A stretch of 64,000 nucleotides of DNA from Diplonema japonicum. Taxonomy: Eukaryota; Protista; Euglenozoa: Diplonemea. The notes beneath the pieces are model-generated. The model was not told where the DNA came from and did not search any database. It saw only the letters and a program-made list of their open reading frames with translations. Position numbers and translations under genes: made by a program. The DNA lies in assembly GCA_964019335.1 (NCBI GenBank), contig OZ025702.1:455751-519750 (forward strand), in the 5' to 3' direction. This document shows, in pieces, positions 20,528-31,066 of this stretch (within the stretch, counting starts at the first letter, position 1; every line of letters starts with the position of its first letter).

Positions 20528-21617
20528 GTACTTAGCATTAAAAAAAAGAAGAACAAAAGAAAAAGAAAAAGAAGAAAAAAAAAGAAAGATCCCCCCCCCC
20601 CCACACACAATAACATACCTACCTTCGTTTCCATGTTTTTTTTAGATGAAATTTATAAATTTCGAGGGAGCCGTCTGCTGCGACCTTGGCCCTCCCCCTC
20701 TTTTCACATCCCCCCCCCCATCCCATGAGCCCTCTTAGATTATAAAGCTTCAAAGCTGTGTTGTTCTATTTAGCCTTTCTTACTTTTTTTTTTTTAAAGT
20801 GTTTTACTCAAAGTTCCCTAAAAGAAGTTTTAGTCCTTTCGTAGTAGCCCTTTCTTTTTTTTTTTTCTTTCTCCTCCCTCTTCGCCAGGTAGCAATTCAA
20901 AAAAAAAAAAGAAAAAGTTTTGTTGAGGGCGGACTTGCCCTCACTTTCGGCTTAAAAAGACAGGGAGTGGGGGGGGGAGCGGGGAGAGAAAAGAATTTAC
21001 TAGAAGGAGATACTCAGTAGCGAATAAAGAAGAAAGAAGAAGGGGAGAAAAAGAAGAAAAAAAAAAAAGAAAGAAAGAAAGCAAAAGAAAGAACTTGTAA
21101 AAGGGCCTTAACACAAAAAAAAAAAAAGAGAATGAGGGCGGGTTGAGCATGGGAACTCAAAATAAAATGAAATTAAAAAAAAAAGGCTTTAGCCTTGAAT
21201 GGCCTTTGAAAGGAAAAAAAAAAAGAAAATGTGTTCGGGAAAAAGAAAGGGGGGAGGGGAGGGGAGGGGATTTCTTCCTTTCTTCTTATTTGTTTTTCCC
21301 GTGATTCTTTGCGAACGTATCGAAAAGAGAAGAGGAAATTGAAAAAAAAAAAAAAATGAGAAAAAAAAAGAAAGAGGAAGAAAAGAGCTTTTTTTTTCTT
21401 TTTATTTTTTTTTCCCCCCTCCGACCCTCTTTTCTTTACCCTTTACCCTTCCCCATCCCCCTTCTCTCTCTCCCTTCCCTCTCTCTTTCTCCCCCCTCTC
21501 CTTCCTTATAAAAGGGGGGTGAAAAAAAATTTTTTTTTTATTTCGATTTTCTTTTATTTATTTTTTGGGGATTTCCTCTATTTCCAACTCCTTATCCCCC
21601 CAAGAACTTTGGAAAAA

Positions 21618-21661
<44 letters not shown>

Positions 21662-21664
21662 AAA

Positions 21665-23155
21665 ATGAGCGGTGCGATAAAACTGGTTTTGATAAGCTGT
21701 GCATTCATGTGGATCTTGTGGTGGTTCCTGTTTGCGAGTTCGCCGATGGCAGAAAACTGGCACGGTTGTATTGATGAAGAGAACGATTGCAAAGCAAGGG
21801 TGGCAGCGGGTGAGTGCAAAAGCAAAAGAGAGACAATGAAACGAGAATGCAAATCAAGCTGTGGATTCTGCGACCACTTCCACTCCAACTGCATGGATTC
21901 CAACGAAAAATGCAAGGAATGGGCCAAACTAGGAGAATGCACCAAAAACCCCTCCTTCATGGTAAAAGGGTGCCAACGAAGCTGCGGTTCCTGCGTTGCC
22001 TGCCTAGAAATCCGGTCCCCCAATTTCCATGGAACAGTACACATAACAGACAGCTTGGTAGAAGGCCACCCAGCTTACACTTCTACAGACACCAGTCTTT
22101 CTTTGCTGAACAAGACTTGGTCGGTTATAGCAAGAAAGACTAACAAGCAAATCCTGAAACTTCCGGACCACACCGATACCCCATTTGAAGGCGACACAAT
22201 TGGGAAATGGCTCTACCTCCCAGCAGGGTCTGATGTATGGGTTCCAAACAGGTTTATAACAGTCACGGAAATCTCTTGTGACACAGGTAACACCTTCTCA
22301 ACCCCGGATGAGCTCCTGACCTCGCGTATCGAGCTCAAGGAAGGCGTGCACTACCACGCGGACTACAACCTGTCTAACTTAAAACCACCCCCTGCGTCGT
22401 ACGCATACCCAAAGAACGCCGACCCTGCTTTTCTGTACCCAGAAGACCTCACGGACGCTCCGAAAATCCAATTTCACATATTATCCTACGAGCCCAAGAT
22501 ATATTATTTCCCGAGGTTCCTCACCGACGAGGAAGCTGATGACGTAATCGATGAAGCGAAGAAGCGTTTGGAACGGTCTTCCGTCGTTCCTATAAAAGGC
22601 AAGAATTCGTCGGGTCTGGACGATGTCCGGACCAGTTCAGGGTGTTGGCTGGACAATTCCCACAAGAGTGTTGAGAAGCTCCGGCGAAGAATGCTCGCCG
22701 TTACGGGTTTCCACACAGACCAAACGGAGAAGCTACAAGTTCTCAGATACAAACTAGGACAGAAGTACAATTCGCATCTAGACTACTACCAGCCCCACGG
22801 AGCCCGGAACGAACAGGAAGCCCGCGAGATGTGGCGGCTCAAATGGAACAACAATTGGAACCGTGCTGCGACGTTCTTCCTCTATCTTTACTCCACCGAA
22901 GAAGGCGGAGAGACTACCCTCCCGCGCTCCAACGGCGGACCACAGCCCCTGTCAATGACAGATTGCACCAAAGGCCTCCGTGTTCGGCCTATCAAAGGTG
23001 CAGCAGTGCTTTTCTACGATATGAAACCCGATAAGACGCAAGACGAGTATTCCCTCCACGGAGGATGCCCTGTCATAAAAGGCGAGAAATGGGCAGCTCC
23101 CCAATGGCTGCATGTAAAGGTGCGTGACGAAGGCGCGTCTGGAGGCTTCTGGTAA
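21665..23155 (+). CDS. Prolyl 4-hydroxylase (2OG-Fe(II) dioxygenase) with signal anchor and two ShKT domains
   Basis: CIDEENDC...CKSSCGFC and CMDSNEKC..WAKLGEC..NPSFM..C..SCGSC (ShKT); VRTS, QVLRY, HLD, GGET, HGGCPV, GEKW catalytic motifs. Confidence 0.93.
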   Translation: MSGAIKLVLISCAFMWILWWFLFASSPMAENWHGCIDEENDCKARVAAGECKSKRETMKRECKSSCGFCDHFHSNCMDSNEKCKEWAKLGECTKNPSFMVKGCQRSCGSCVACLEIRSPNFHGTVHITDSLVEGHPAYTSTDTSLSLLNKTWSVIARKTNKQILKLPDHTDTPFEGDTIGKWLYLPAGSDVWVPNRFITVTEISCDTGNTFSTPDELLTSRIELKEGVHYHADYNLSNLKPPPASYAYPKNADPAFLYPEDLTDAPKIQFHILSYEPKIYYFPRFLTDEEADDVIDEAKKRLERSSVVPIKGKNSSGLDDVRTSSGCWLDNSHKSVEKLRRRMLAVTGFHTDQTEKLQVLRYKLGQKYNSHLDYYQPHGARNEQEAREMWRLKWNNNWNRAATFFLYLYSTEEGGETTLPRSNGGPQPLSMTDCTKGLRVRPIKGAAVLFYDMKPDKTQDEYSLHGGCPVIKGEKWAAPQWLHVKVRDEGASGGFW

Positions 23156-23358
23156 AAGAACAGGGAGAAAAAAAGGAAAAAAAGAAAAACTTTGTGTTGT
23201 TTTTATTTTTTTTTTTTATTTTTCTTTTTTTTTTTTTTTTTTTTTTTTTTTTCCTCCTTGCCATTGTTTTTCAGTGTTAATTCCGTTTTTGCTCTCTCAC
23301 GTGAAAAGAAATCGATCACGATGTGGCAACAGGGAAGGAGGGGGGTGCAGCATGGGCG

Positions 23359-26300
23359 ATGGATATTCTGAATGGCTTGGAATGCGGCCAGCTTGACGAA
23401 CTGCGGAAAATCTTCAATCTCGACCCGAGGGGGTTGGATGTCATGGGGTTCGTGAACTGCTTGCACGACTACACCGTGTTCGCAAAGGGTGTGAACAAAA
23501 GAGGAAAGCTTCAGGAACTATTTCGAACCATCGACTTCAATGGTGACCAGTACATAACATGGGACGAGTTCACCACCTACGCTATAGACGCTCACATGCG
23601 GGGAACATCACAGCTTCCTCATGAATGGGTTTACACCTACACATGTAAGCACACGCTTTCAGCGCCCGACTCCGTCCTCCGTGCGACGTTTCTCAAAAAC
23701 TGGGGTTGCGACGGGAAGATCGTGACCCTCAGCAGAACCAGGCCCTTCAAGGTCTACGATGCAAGAACGCTTAAGGTCGTCCAGACGATTTCTTCTTCAA
23801 GCGTGGGCAGAGGCCTTCCAACTGCATGCGAATACATACCTCCTTATCAATACTTTGTCGCCGGTTCGAGCGATGGGAAAATGCGGATTCTCGACAGGGA
23901 TTTTTATCCCAGGCAGACGATTACAGCGGATTCCACGATCTTGAGGATGGAGTGGTGCACGCGGGCTGAGCTTCTCTACACAGGTTCACGTCTCGGGACT
24001 CTCTCTGCGTACGATATTGGGCGGTCCAACGACAACAACGAGAAGGGGAAGCGCACGCGCTGCCTGGAGTCCTGGCCGCTCCACGACCGTCCTATCATGG
24101 ACTTCATGTTGTCCCCGATCGCACACCAGCAGATCTTCACGTGCTCCCTCGATGGTGCCGTCAAGCTCATCGATGTCGAAGGCAACCCTCTCAGCAAGGG
24201 GACCCCCAAAACCCGCCTCATCGGCGAGCATGAGAACGGCGTGCTTGGCATCACCTACAGCACCGACTACCACTACCTCTGCAGCGTGGGGTACGAAGCG
24301 CAGGCATTCTGTTGGATCACCAACATGTCGGGGCACAAGTTCTACTTAGCCGACCACTCCAACCCCCATAAGGGAACCTTCACCGGTGTACACGCCGTGC
24401 CGGGCACCCCGGAGGTCATCACTGCCGACATGAAGGGGTACGTAAAGGTGTGGGATATCCGCACGCTGAAGTGCGTCCAAACCTTTCTGATGGGATGGTC
24501 GCCGGAAGAAGCTTACCCGCCGCCTGTGAAGCACGCCACATTGTGCTACGCTGACAGCACAAACTCCTTAGTTACAGCAGAGTGGAAGAGGATATGCATC
24601 CACAAACAAGAGGGGTGCACGGGGATGCCGAACGCGGACGGCGACCACATGGCTGTTGTGCTGTATAATGAAACCCAGCAGTCCTTCATCACGTCGTCGG
24701 GTCGGGACATCAAAATATGGGACGTAGCGCATGGGTGCCTCACTTCGCACTTTGTGAACCTGGCGGCATCCGATATCACAGTGCTCGCTCTGGACGAGTA
24801 CGGAAGGCGGTGCTACCTAGGTACCAACGACGGGTCCCTCGAATGCAGGGTGTACCACACTGGAGAGCTCATCTACCGCTACAGCGACGCTGCAAAGCAT
24901 GAGTGTGAGGTGTTCTCTGTGGTGTATCACTCTGAAGCGAGGATGCTCATCACTGGAAGCATCGACGGCGCAGTGCACGTCCACCTGGACGGAGACATGG
25001 GCACTATCGCACTCAAGATCGTGGAGCCCCGTGCTGGCATCCGTAGCGACGCCGGTACCCGTCTCGACGTTGATGCAGGCCTCTCTTTTCTTGCATGCGC
25101 TGCTGCCAAGCAGCTCTATTTGCACGACCTGATCAACCCAAAGAAAACCTTGTTTAAAATACTGCCACCTGAAAACAAAGAAATTATATCTTGCAAGATC
25201 TTGAAAGGCAAGCCTGCGATAGTGCTAGGGTTCAGCTGCGGGCGGTTCCACATGATGTCGACGAGGCCGATGCACAATGAGTCGCTCTGCGGGATGGACC
25301 AGAAGCCGTTGGTTTTAGCTAGGTGGAGCAACTGCGCAGAGGTGAAAATGAAGCAGTGGAAGGCGCAGCAGCAAGTCGCAGAGATGCTGATGCATGGTGC
25401 CGACCCCGTAGAGCTGGACGACGTGGATAGTGGGGTGCCGTTCTACAGTTCACGTAGTGTTTTCCCGACAGTCACTGTGATGGAGTACGACAGCAATGCC
25501 CATGTGCTGTGGACGGGTGACTCTGCAGGCCTGTTGACTGCATGGCAGCTGTGCCCTGTCTTTAGGTACCATAACCTGCACGACATGTCGTACCCTGCGA
25601 AGCTCAATCCAGACGGTACCATGCCTTCGAACTCGAAGCTCCCCTCGAGCATGCCCTGCACGGCACTCGACGACTCAGTCCCGATACTGCGGTCTTGGAA
25701 GGCTCACACGGACGACATCTCATCTGTAGTGTTGCACACCAAGTCTGGGACCATCATCACTGCGGGTGACGACAGGAAGGTCTTTATATGGTGTTGCTCG
25801 GGCGTGCTGATCGCGCAGCTTTGCAACTCAAAACAGTACGCCACCTACAACATTGCCGAGAGGAAGGAGCGTGGCAGGTTCTCGCAGAGGGGTTCTCTGG
25901 TACACATGATCGACTCAAAACTCAAAGGAACCGCTGCTCTAGACAAGGTCTTGAAGCACAAGGGGCTGCAGTGTAAGTACGAAAAGAGTCCGGTTTGCGT
26001 GCATAACATCGAACTGCCCACTGAGCCCCGCATGCAGAACGTCATGGGCATGACTAGCAAAGATCTGAAGAACATGGTCGATACAGGTACATTTGTCATG
26101 ATGAAGCCAGCAGAGGAGGGGGGCGGGGTGTGCCCTATGGTACCGGACAACTGCGAGGAACAGCCTTCATTGCATGAGGTTTGCAAAGAGTATGACGCGG
26201 TTGTGGCGGAATACATGTTGCCTGAATTGAGCGCACCCCAAAGCAAGCTCGTGCACAAGCGCTCCACTCACACGTACTCTTTCAAGAAGAAGAAAACCAT

Positions 26301-27360
26301 CATAAACAGCGCAAAGGTATCATTCTCAGAAGGGCCCTCAACCTGCTCAACAAACTTTAATAAAGAGCGCCCGACTCGTTCCAAGCACTGGCCACCCCCT
26401 CCAGTGCAAGAGACCCGGCATGAATGGTGGTCAGTTGCCGAAGAGACCCTTGTGGGCAATGTCAAACAAGGGTATCTGTTCCAAAGCTCTGTGAATGCAA
26501 CGGTGCCATCTGGGCTGAAGCATAAGGAGTTTAAAACCATCGTACCAATGCAGTACTCTGCGGTGCTGCAGCTGTGCGCAGCGTCCGTTGTCATAGTGGC
26601 GCATTCCCACAAGAAGAAGGAAACACACGGCACGTCCAGCACCGTCCTGAGCGTGCCCCCTTCGTCACTGGCGCAGATCTCGGTGCAGCGGTTTTCACAT
26701 GATGGGGGTGCATGCGGGAGGACTGAGTCCAATATGATGTCAGATGATGCAAGGGATCCCGTGTTTGTGGGGATTGTCCCCACGGCACCCTTGGCGCCTT
26801 GTTCACGTCGTCCCCAGACAGCCCGACCCGTTATTGAAAAAGACACTTGGGCGCTTGAAGCAGCTAAAACACTGCCTTCAAGTGATCTACACAGCACGAG
26901 TGAAAACAGTGTATTTCAATGGTTGCATGACTGTAAGGCAGCTGCTCTAGAAGAACAGGTTCCCTCAAACGAGGTCAAGGCCAAAGGACAGGAAAAGTGC
27001 GCTGGCAATAAGGACATCGTGGTCCGGGCATATCCTGTGAAACGCAGCGCTGCATCCGCGCGGCCCATGACTGCAAGAACAAACAGGAAGAAGAATAGTC
27101 TTCCTTTGCAAGACCTGAAGTCTTTGAAGGGCGCCGCTCGGTACCCTGCCGTCGCGCCTTTGATTCCTCGTCCACGGTCTGGAACGGTGGCCACGAAGAT
27201 TCGTATTTCCACGTTGAAGGCCCTTTCCAACGCTCTACCTGATAGGCCTCGTCCAGAGTGCAACGTGGCGCACCCCGTAGCCTTTACACCTGACCCGAGA
27301 CAGCCTACACCATTATACCAAACGATGTTAGCAAGAACTGGGGTGAAGATCGTCCTGTAA
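23359..27360 (+). CDS. EF-hand plus WD40-repeat protein (WDR49/EFCAB8-like) with long disordered C-terminus
   Basis: LFRTIDFNGDQYITWDEFTTY EF-hand; many WD repeats (VKVWD, IKIWD, AHTDDIS...VFIW); ATG 23359 in frame. Confidence 0.85.
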   Translation: MDILNGLECGQLDELRKIFNLDPRGLDVMGFVNCLHDYTVFAKGVNKRGKLQELFRTIDFNGDQYITWDEFTTYAIDAHMRGTSQLPHEWVYTYTCKHTLSAPDSVLRATFLKNWGCDGKIVTLSRTRPFKVYDARTLKVVQTISSSSVGRGLPTACEYIPPYQYFVAGSSDGKMRILDRDFYPRQTITADSTILRMEWCTRAELLYTGSRLGTLSAYDIGRSNDNNEKGKRTRCLESWPLHDRPIMDFMLSPIAHQQIFTCSLDGAVKLIDVEGNPLSKGTPKTRLIGEHENGVLGITYSTDYHYLCSVGYEAQAFCWITNMSGHKFYLADHSNPHKGTFTGVHAVPGTPEVITADMKGYVKVWDIRTLKCVQTFLMGWSPEEAYPPPVKHATLCYADSTNSLVTAEWKRICIHKQEGCTGMPNADGDHMAVVLYNETQQSFITSSGRDIKIWDVAHGCLTSHFVNLAASDITVLALDEYGRRCYLGTNDGSLECRVYHTGELIYRYSDAAKHECEVFSVVYHSEARMLITGSIDGAVHVHLDGDMGTIALKIVEPRAGIRSDAGTRLDVDAGLSFLACAAAKQLYLHDLINPKKTLFKILPPENKEIISCKILKGKPAIVLGFSCGRFHMMSTRPMHNESLCGMDQKPLVLARWSNCAEVKMKQWKAQQQVAEMLMHGADPVELDDVDSGVPFYSSRSVFPTVTVMEYDSNAHVLWTGDSAGLLTAWQLCPVFRYHNLHDMSYPAKLNPDGTMPSNSKLPSSMPCTALDDSVPILRSWKAHTDDISSVVLHTKSGTIITAGDDRKVFIWCCSGVLIAQLCNSKQYATYNIAERKERGRFSQRGSLVHMIDSKLKGTAALDKVLKHKGLQCKYEKSPVCVHNIELPTEPRMQNVMGMTSKDLKNMVDTGTFVMMKPAEEGGGVCPMVPDNCEEQPSLHEVCKEYDAVVAEYMLPELSAPQSKLVHKRSTHTYSFKKKKTIINSAKVSFSEGPSTCSTNFNKERPTRSKHWPPPPVQETRHEWWSVAEETLVGNVKQGYLFQSSVNATVPSGLKHKEFKTIVPMQYSAVLQLCAASVVIVAHSHKKKETHGTSSTVLSVPPSSLAQISVQRFSHDGGACGRTESNMMSDDARDPVFVGIVPTAPLAPCSRRPQTARPVIEKDTWALEAAKTLPSSDLHSTSENSVFQWLHDCKAAALEEQVPSNEVKAKGQEKCAGNKDIVVRAYPVKRSAASARPMTARTNRKKNSLPLQDLKSLKGAARYPAVAPLIPRPRSGTVATKIRISTLKALSNALPDRPRPECNVAHPVAFTPDPRQPTPLYQTMLARTGVKIVL

Positions 27361-27482
27361 GCAGGGTTCGAGAGGGGAACACATCTTTTTCTATTTACAA
27401 GTTAAAAACAGTCTTATTTTCGTTGTCCTTTTTTTTTTCTTTCTTAACCAGAATTTACTTCACAGGAGTTAAACGCGACACG

Positions 27483-30009
27483 ATGAGCCACTGGGCCCAC
27501 ATGGACGTGAGCAGAAGAGGGAATTACATGAGGCATTCGATGGAGCGATCGCCATCGCCAGTTGCTAGGAGGCCGGATGGGGAATGGCAGTGGGTGTGGG
27601 GCGGGGCCAGTTGGAGTTGGGCGTGGGTCCCTGGAGTAGCGAGGCCGCAGCATACTGTTTCACAGCCGCCGCCGCCGCCGCCACAGCGGATGTACGATGC
27701 TACACGGAGCAAGAAGGTCAGGCACGCAGACCCTTATTATGGTCATGGTGATGCTTACGCGAGGTCGGCGTCTGCTATGCCGCGCTACGAGTATGATCGC
27801 TCCATGATGATGCATGAAAGGCCATTGGCACGCTCTGCGTCGCCCGAGCACATGTACCATGCGCCTCGTCAAGAGAGGACACACCACAGCAAGCAACACA
27901 AAAGCTCGCGGAGTGCCATGAACCACACGCAGTCGGAGCTCGCCCAGCTCCGCGAAAGGATCCAACTGCTCGAGGTGTGCATCACCAAAAATATTAATCC
28001 ACACAAACCTACCAGCGGTCTGCGGGCACGCATGACACAGCTAACGGACTCACCGAAGACGAGCTTATCGAAGACGTCGACGAGATCTGCTTTGGGAGGG
28101 GCATCGCACTGGTGTCAGAGGTCATCAAACAAGACGACGTCACGGTGTCCGCGGGGGCAGAATCCCTCCAAGTCAACGACTCGTACACAGTATGTCTGCA
28201 TTGCTATCATCTTATCGCTGTAGAAAACACTCGCCTTCGAAGTTGGCTACACGCAGATGGATAGGGTCCTCTATGAGTCTGACAAGGTGATCATCGACAC
28301 GGGGTATGCATGTTGTGTTCACTAACGTTATCTCCCAGTGACAACTACGGTTGTGTGTTCCTCGTGCCGCGACAGACCACGCAGGGTGTGACCATGGCAA
28401 GGGTTATTGCCACAAGAGCCGGCTTGCCGGCCCCGTGCCCACCGTCGCCGAGGTATGAGTTTTTACAACTGTTTTTTTTGACTTCCATTACAGAAGAGGA
28501 CGTAGCAAGTCTCCAACAAGCAGGTCTTACGACGAGGCCCAGAGGGCTGTGGACAAGGCACACGCTATCATGAAGGACATGTCTCCGCGCAACCGCAACC
28601 ACCCGGTACAGCAATTCCAGAAGTACCGCGACCCTGTTTATGTTCCCAGCAGCGGGAAGAGACCAGGACAACCTGTCAGCCACTCTGACTGGCCTCCTCA
28701 GACTAGTAAGCAGTACTCGGACCCTGTGGTTTCGCCTGCGGACATCAGCACCCCGTACGAGCATCACACGCCCATCATGGAGGGGCAACCACCACCGCCT
28801 CCAGGGGCGCCACCTGCCTCAGCCATGCCTGCCAAGTACAACGTCAACTCCCCTGGGGAGCTGATCAAAACGCAGTCCCTTGTGAACTACTACAGCGGAA
28901 TGGCTGAGGGCCAGGCTTCGCCCACGACCCACCATTTGCATACAGAGGCAGTGCCGGTACCCACGCCTCCGAGGGCTGTTGCCTCTCCGCCACAAGTCAT
29001 TTCTAGGGACAGTATATCTCAGCCTCTTGCCCCAAAAGCTGCACCGCCTGCACCTCCATCGCCAAAAGCTGTGCCACCGGCACCCAGTGCCGCTCCACCT
29101 CCGTCTGCACCAAAGGCTGTCCCTCTACCGCCTGCCCCTGCTGCACCCGCACCTCCTATGCCTGCTCTGAAAGCCACATCCCCCCCAGCTGCTCCTGTGC
29201 CGAAGGTTATGCCGCCTGCACCTCCTTCACCCGAGTCTGCACCAAAGGCCGCACCTCCACCACCTGCGCCTGCACCTGCACCTCCTGCACCTCCTGCACC
29301 AAAGGCCGCACCTCCACCACCTGCACCTGCACCTGCTGCACCTCCTGCACCAAAGGCTGCACCTCCTGCGCCGCCAGTTCCTAAAGTTGCTCCTGCACCA
29401 CCTGCAGCACCTGCACCAGAAGCCGCACCTGCTGCCCCTCCTGCACCCAAAGCTGCACCTCCTGCACCACCACCGCCAGGTGGCAAGGCCGCACCCCCTG
29501 CCCCTGCACCTAAGGTAGGGGGGGCTCCACCACCGCCTCCAGGAGGCAAGGCAGCACCCCCGTCGGGGGCTCCACCGCCGCCCCCAGGTGGCAAAGCGGC
29601 ACCACCTACCCCTCCTGCACCTAAGACAGGAGCTCCACCACCGCCTCCAGGAGGCAAGGCAGCACCTGCTGCCCCTCCTGCACCTAAGACAGGAGGGGCT
29701 CCACCACCGCCCCCGGGTGGCAAAGCGGCACCTCCTGCCCCTCCTGCACCTAAGACAGGAGGGGCTCCACCACCGCCTCCAGGAGGCAAGGCAGCACCTG
29801 CGGCACCTGCTCCTCCTAAGTCGGGTGCTCCACCACCACCTCCAGGTGGCAAGGCAGCGGCACCTGCTCCTCCTGCCCCTCCGAAAGCTGGAGCTCCGCC
29901 GCCACCTCCGGGTGGCAAGGCAGCACCCCCTGCGCCTCCAGCACCGAAAACCGGTGCTCCACCGCCACCGCCGTCAGCTGGCAAGGCACCGCCGCCGCCT
30001 GTGAAATAA
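27483..30009 (+). CDS. Proline-rich protein (about 791 aa; 5 exons: 27483-27974, 28016-28189, 28224-28303, 28339-28452, 28494-30009)
   Basis: Four GT-AG introns (41, 34, 35, 41 nt) give one frame; C-terminal tandem GAPPPPPGGKAAPPAPPAPKT-like repeats. Confidence 0.72.
29030..30000 (+). repeat. Coding minisatellite encoding Pro/Ala/Lys/Gly repeats
   Basis: Recurrent gcacctcctgcacc and ccaggaggcaaggcagcacc units. Confidence 0.9.
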
Positions 30010-30475
30010 GAAGCCAGTCACTTATAATGCGCTTTCCTTGTCTTGTTTGTATTACCCCTACCACCCTTCCCTATAAACACCCTGTTGTACTGAAAGGAAC
30101 GGAAGAATAAAAAGTGAGATGAATTCACCAGAAAGAACAAGAAGAAGAATCTCTACGACTGCATTTCTTTCTTTATCTATTTCTCCTTTTCCACATCGAC
30201 CCTCCCCTCCTCCTTCGGGCATAGGTTCTCTATAAGGCGCCTCCATCTTTGTCGGCACATTTTTTTGTGCCCACCATTCCCTCTCTGGGAAAATACGAAA
30301 CAAACAAAAAACAAAAAAAAAAAGAAGTGGGTATCGTGCTGAAGTAGGAGTAGGAGGAGTAAAGGAATCTTTTTTTTTTCTTTCTTGGTTTTTTTTTTAT
30401 ACACGTTCGTAGTAGTAAATACAAAACAGAGCGGAGGTGCAACCGGGGAGGCCCCCGGGGCAACAGAGAAAGGAA

Positions 30476-30949
30476 ATGGATAAAGATGTAACCGAGGGCT
30501 GGCGGGGAACAAGGGCAGAGCGCTTAGAACTGACAATGAGGGAGGGGAGAGAGAGCCTTCACGCGCTGCTGCAGGTCATCAACGTAGGTCGCTGTGAGAA
30601 AGAAGAAGAAGGTACCGAGAGATCTGTGAGGAGACGTAGATCTCCCATATTGAAAAATGTTCGAAGCCCCACTACTTGTGGGGGCGAGAGGCTGGTGAAC
30701 CGGACCCCTTTGAGGCCCCGAAAGGCCCCAGACTTGAATTGTCCGTCCCTTGACCTCTCTCTTTCCTACTCATCACCAACCCCATCGCGGGGCCCACGGT
30801 CTTGCTACCAACTGCCTTCCCCATCCTGCGACGACTCCAAGCCAAATGAGATATCCCCATCTCCACTTAGGGACTACCAGCCAACCTCGCAGAGGTACTC
30901 CCCGCCGCCATACAACTCCCTTGACGATACTTTGCAGTCAATTTTCTGA
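30476..30949 (+). CDS. Small hypothetical Ser/Pro-rich protein
   Basis: ATG 30476 ORF in homopolymer-free sequence between two spacers; no family recognised. Confidence 0.5.
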   Translation: MDKDVTEGWRGTRAERLELTMREGRESLHALLQVINVGRCEKEEEGTERSVRRRRSPILKNVRSPTTCGGERLVNRTPLRPRKAPDLNCPSLDLSLSYSSPTPSRGPRSCYQLPSPSCDDSKPNEISPSPLRDYQPTSQRYSPPPYNSLDDTLQSIF

Positions 30950-31066
30950 TAGAACCTTTGTTAGATTTTTAGAAGAAACGTTTTTTTTTCAGTCCCATTG
31001 GTATTTCTGTGGGGGGGAAGAAAACAAAAAAGGCGCCACCCCCTCTCCTCATACTATCTCAAATGC

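Noticed and set aside
20648-20663. Perfect 16-bp palindrome gaaatttataaatttc
   Set aside because: AT-rich and isolated; no supporting context
29019-29984. 321-aa Gly/Ala-rich minus-strand ORF resembling PE-PGRS or silk proteins
   Set aside because: Mirror of the Pro-rich repeat on the + strand
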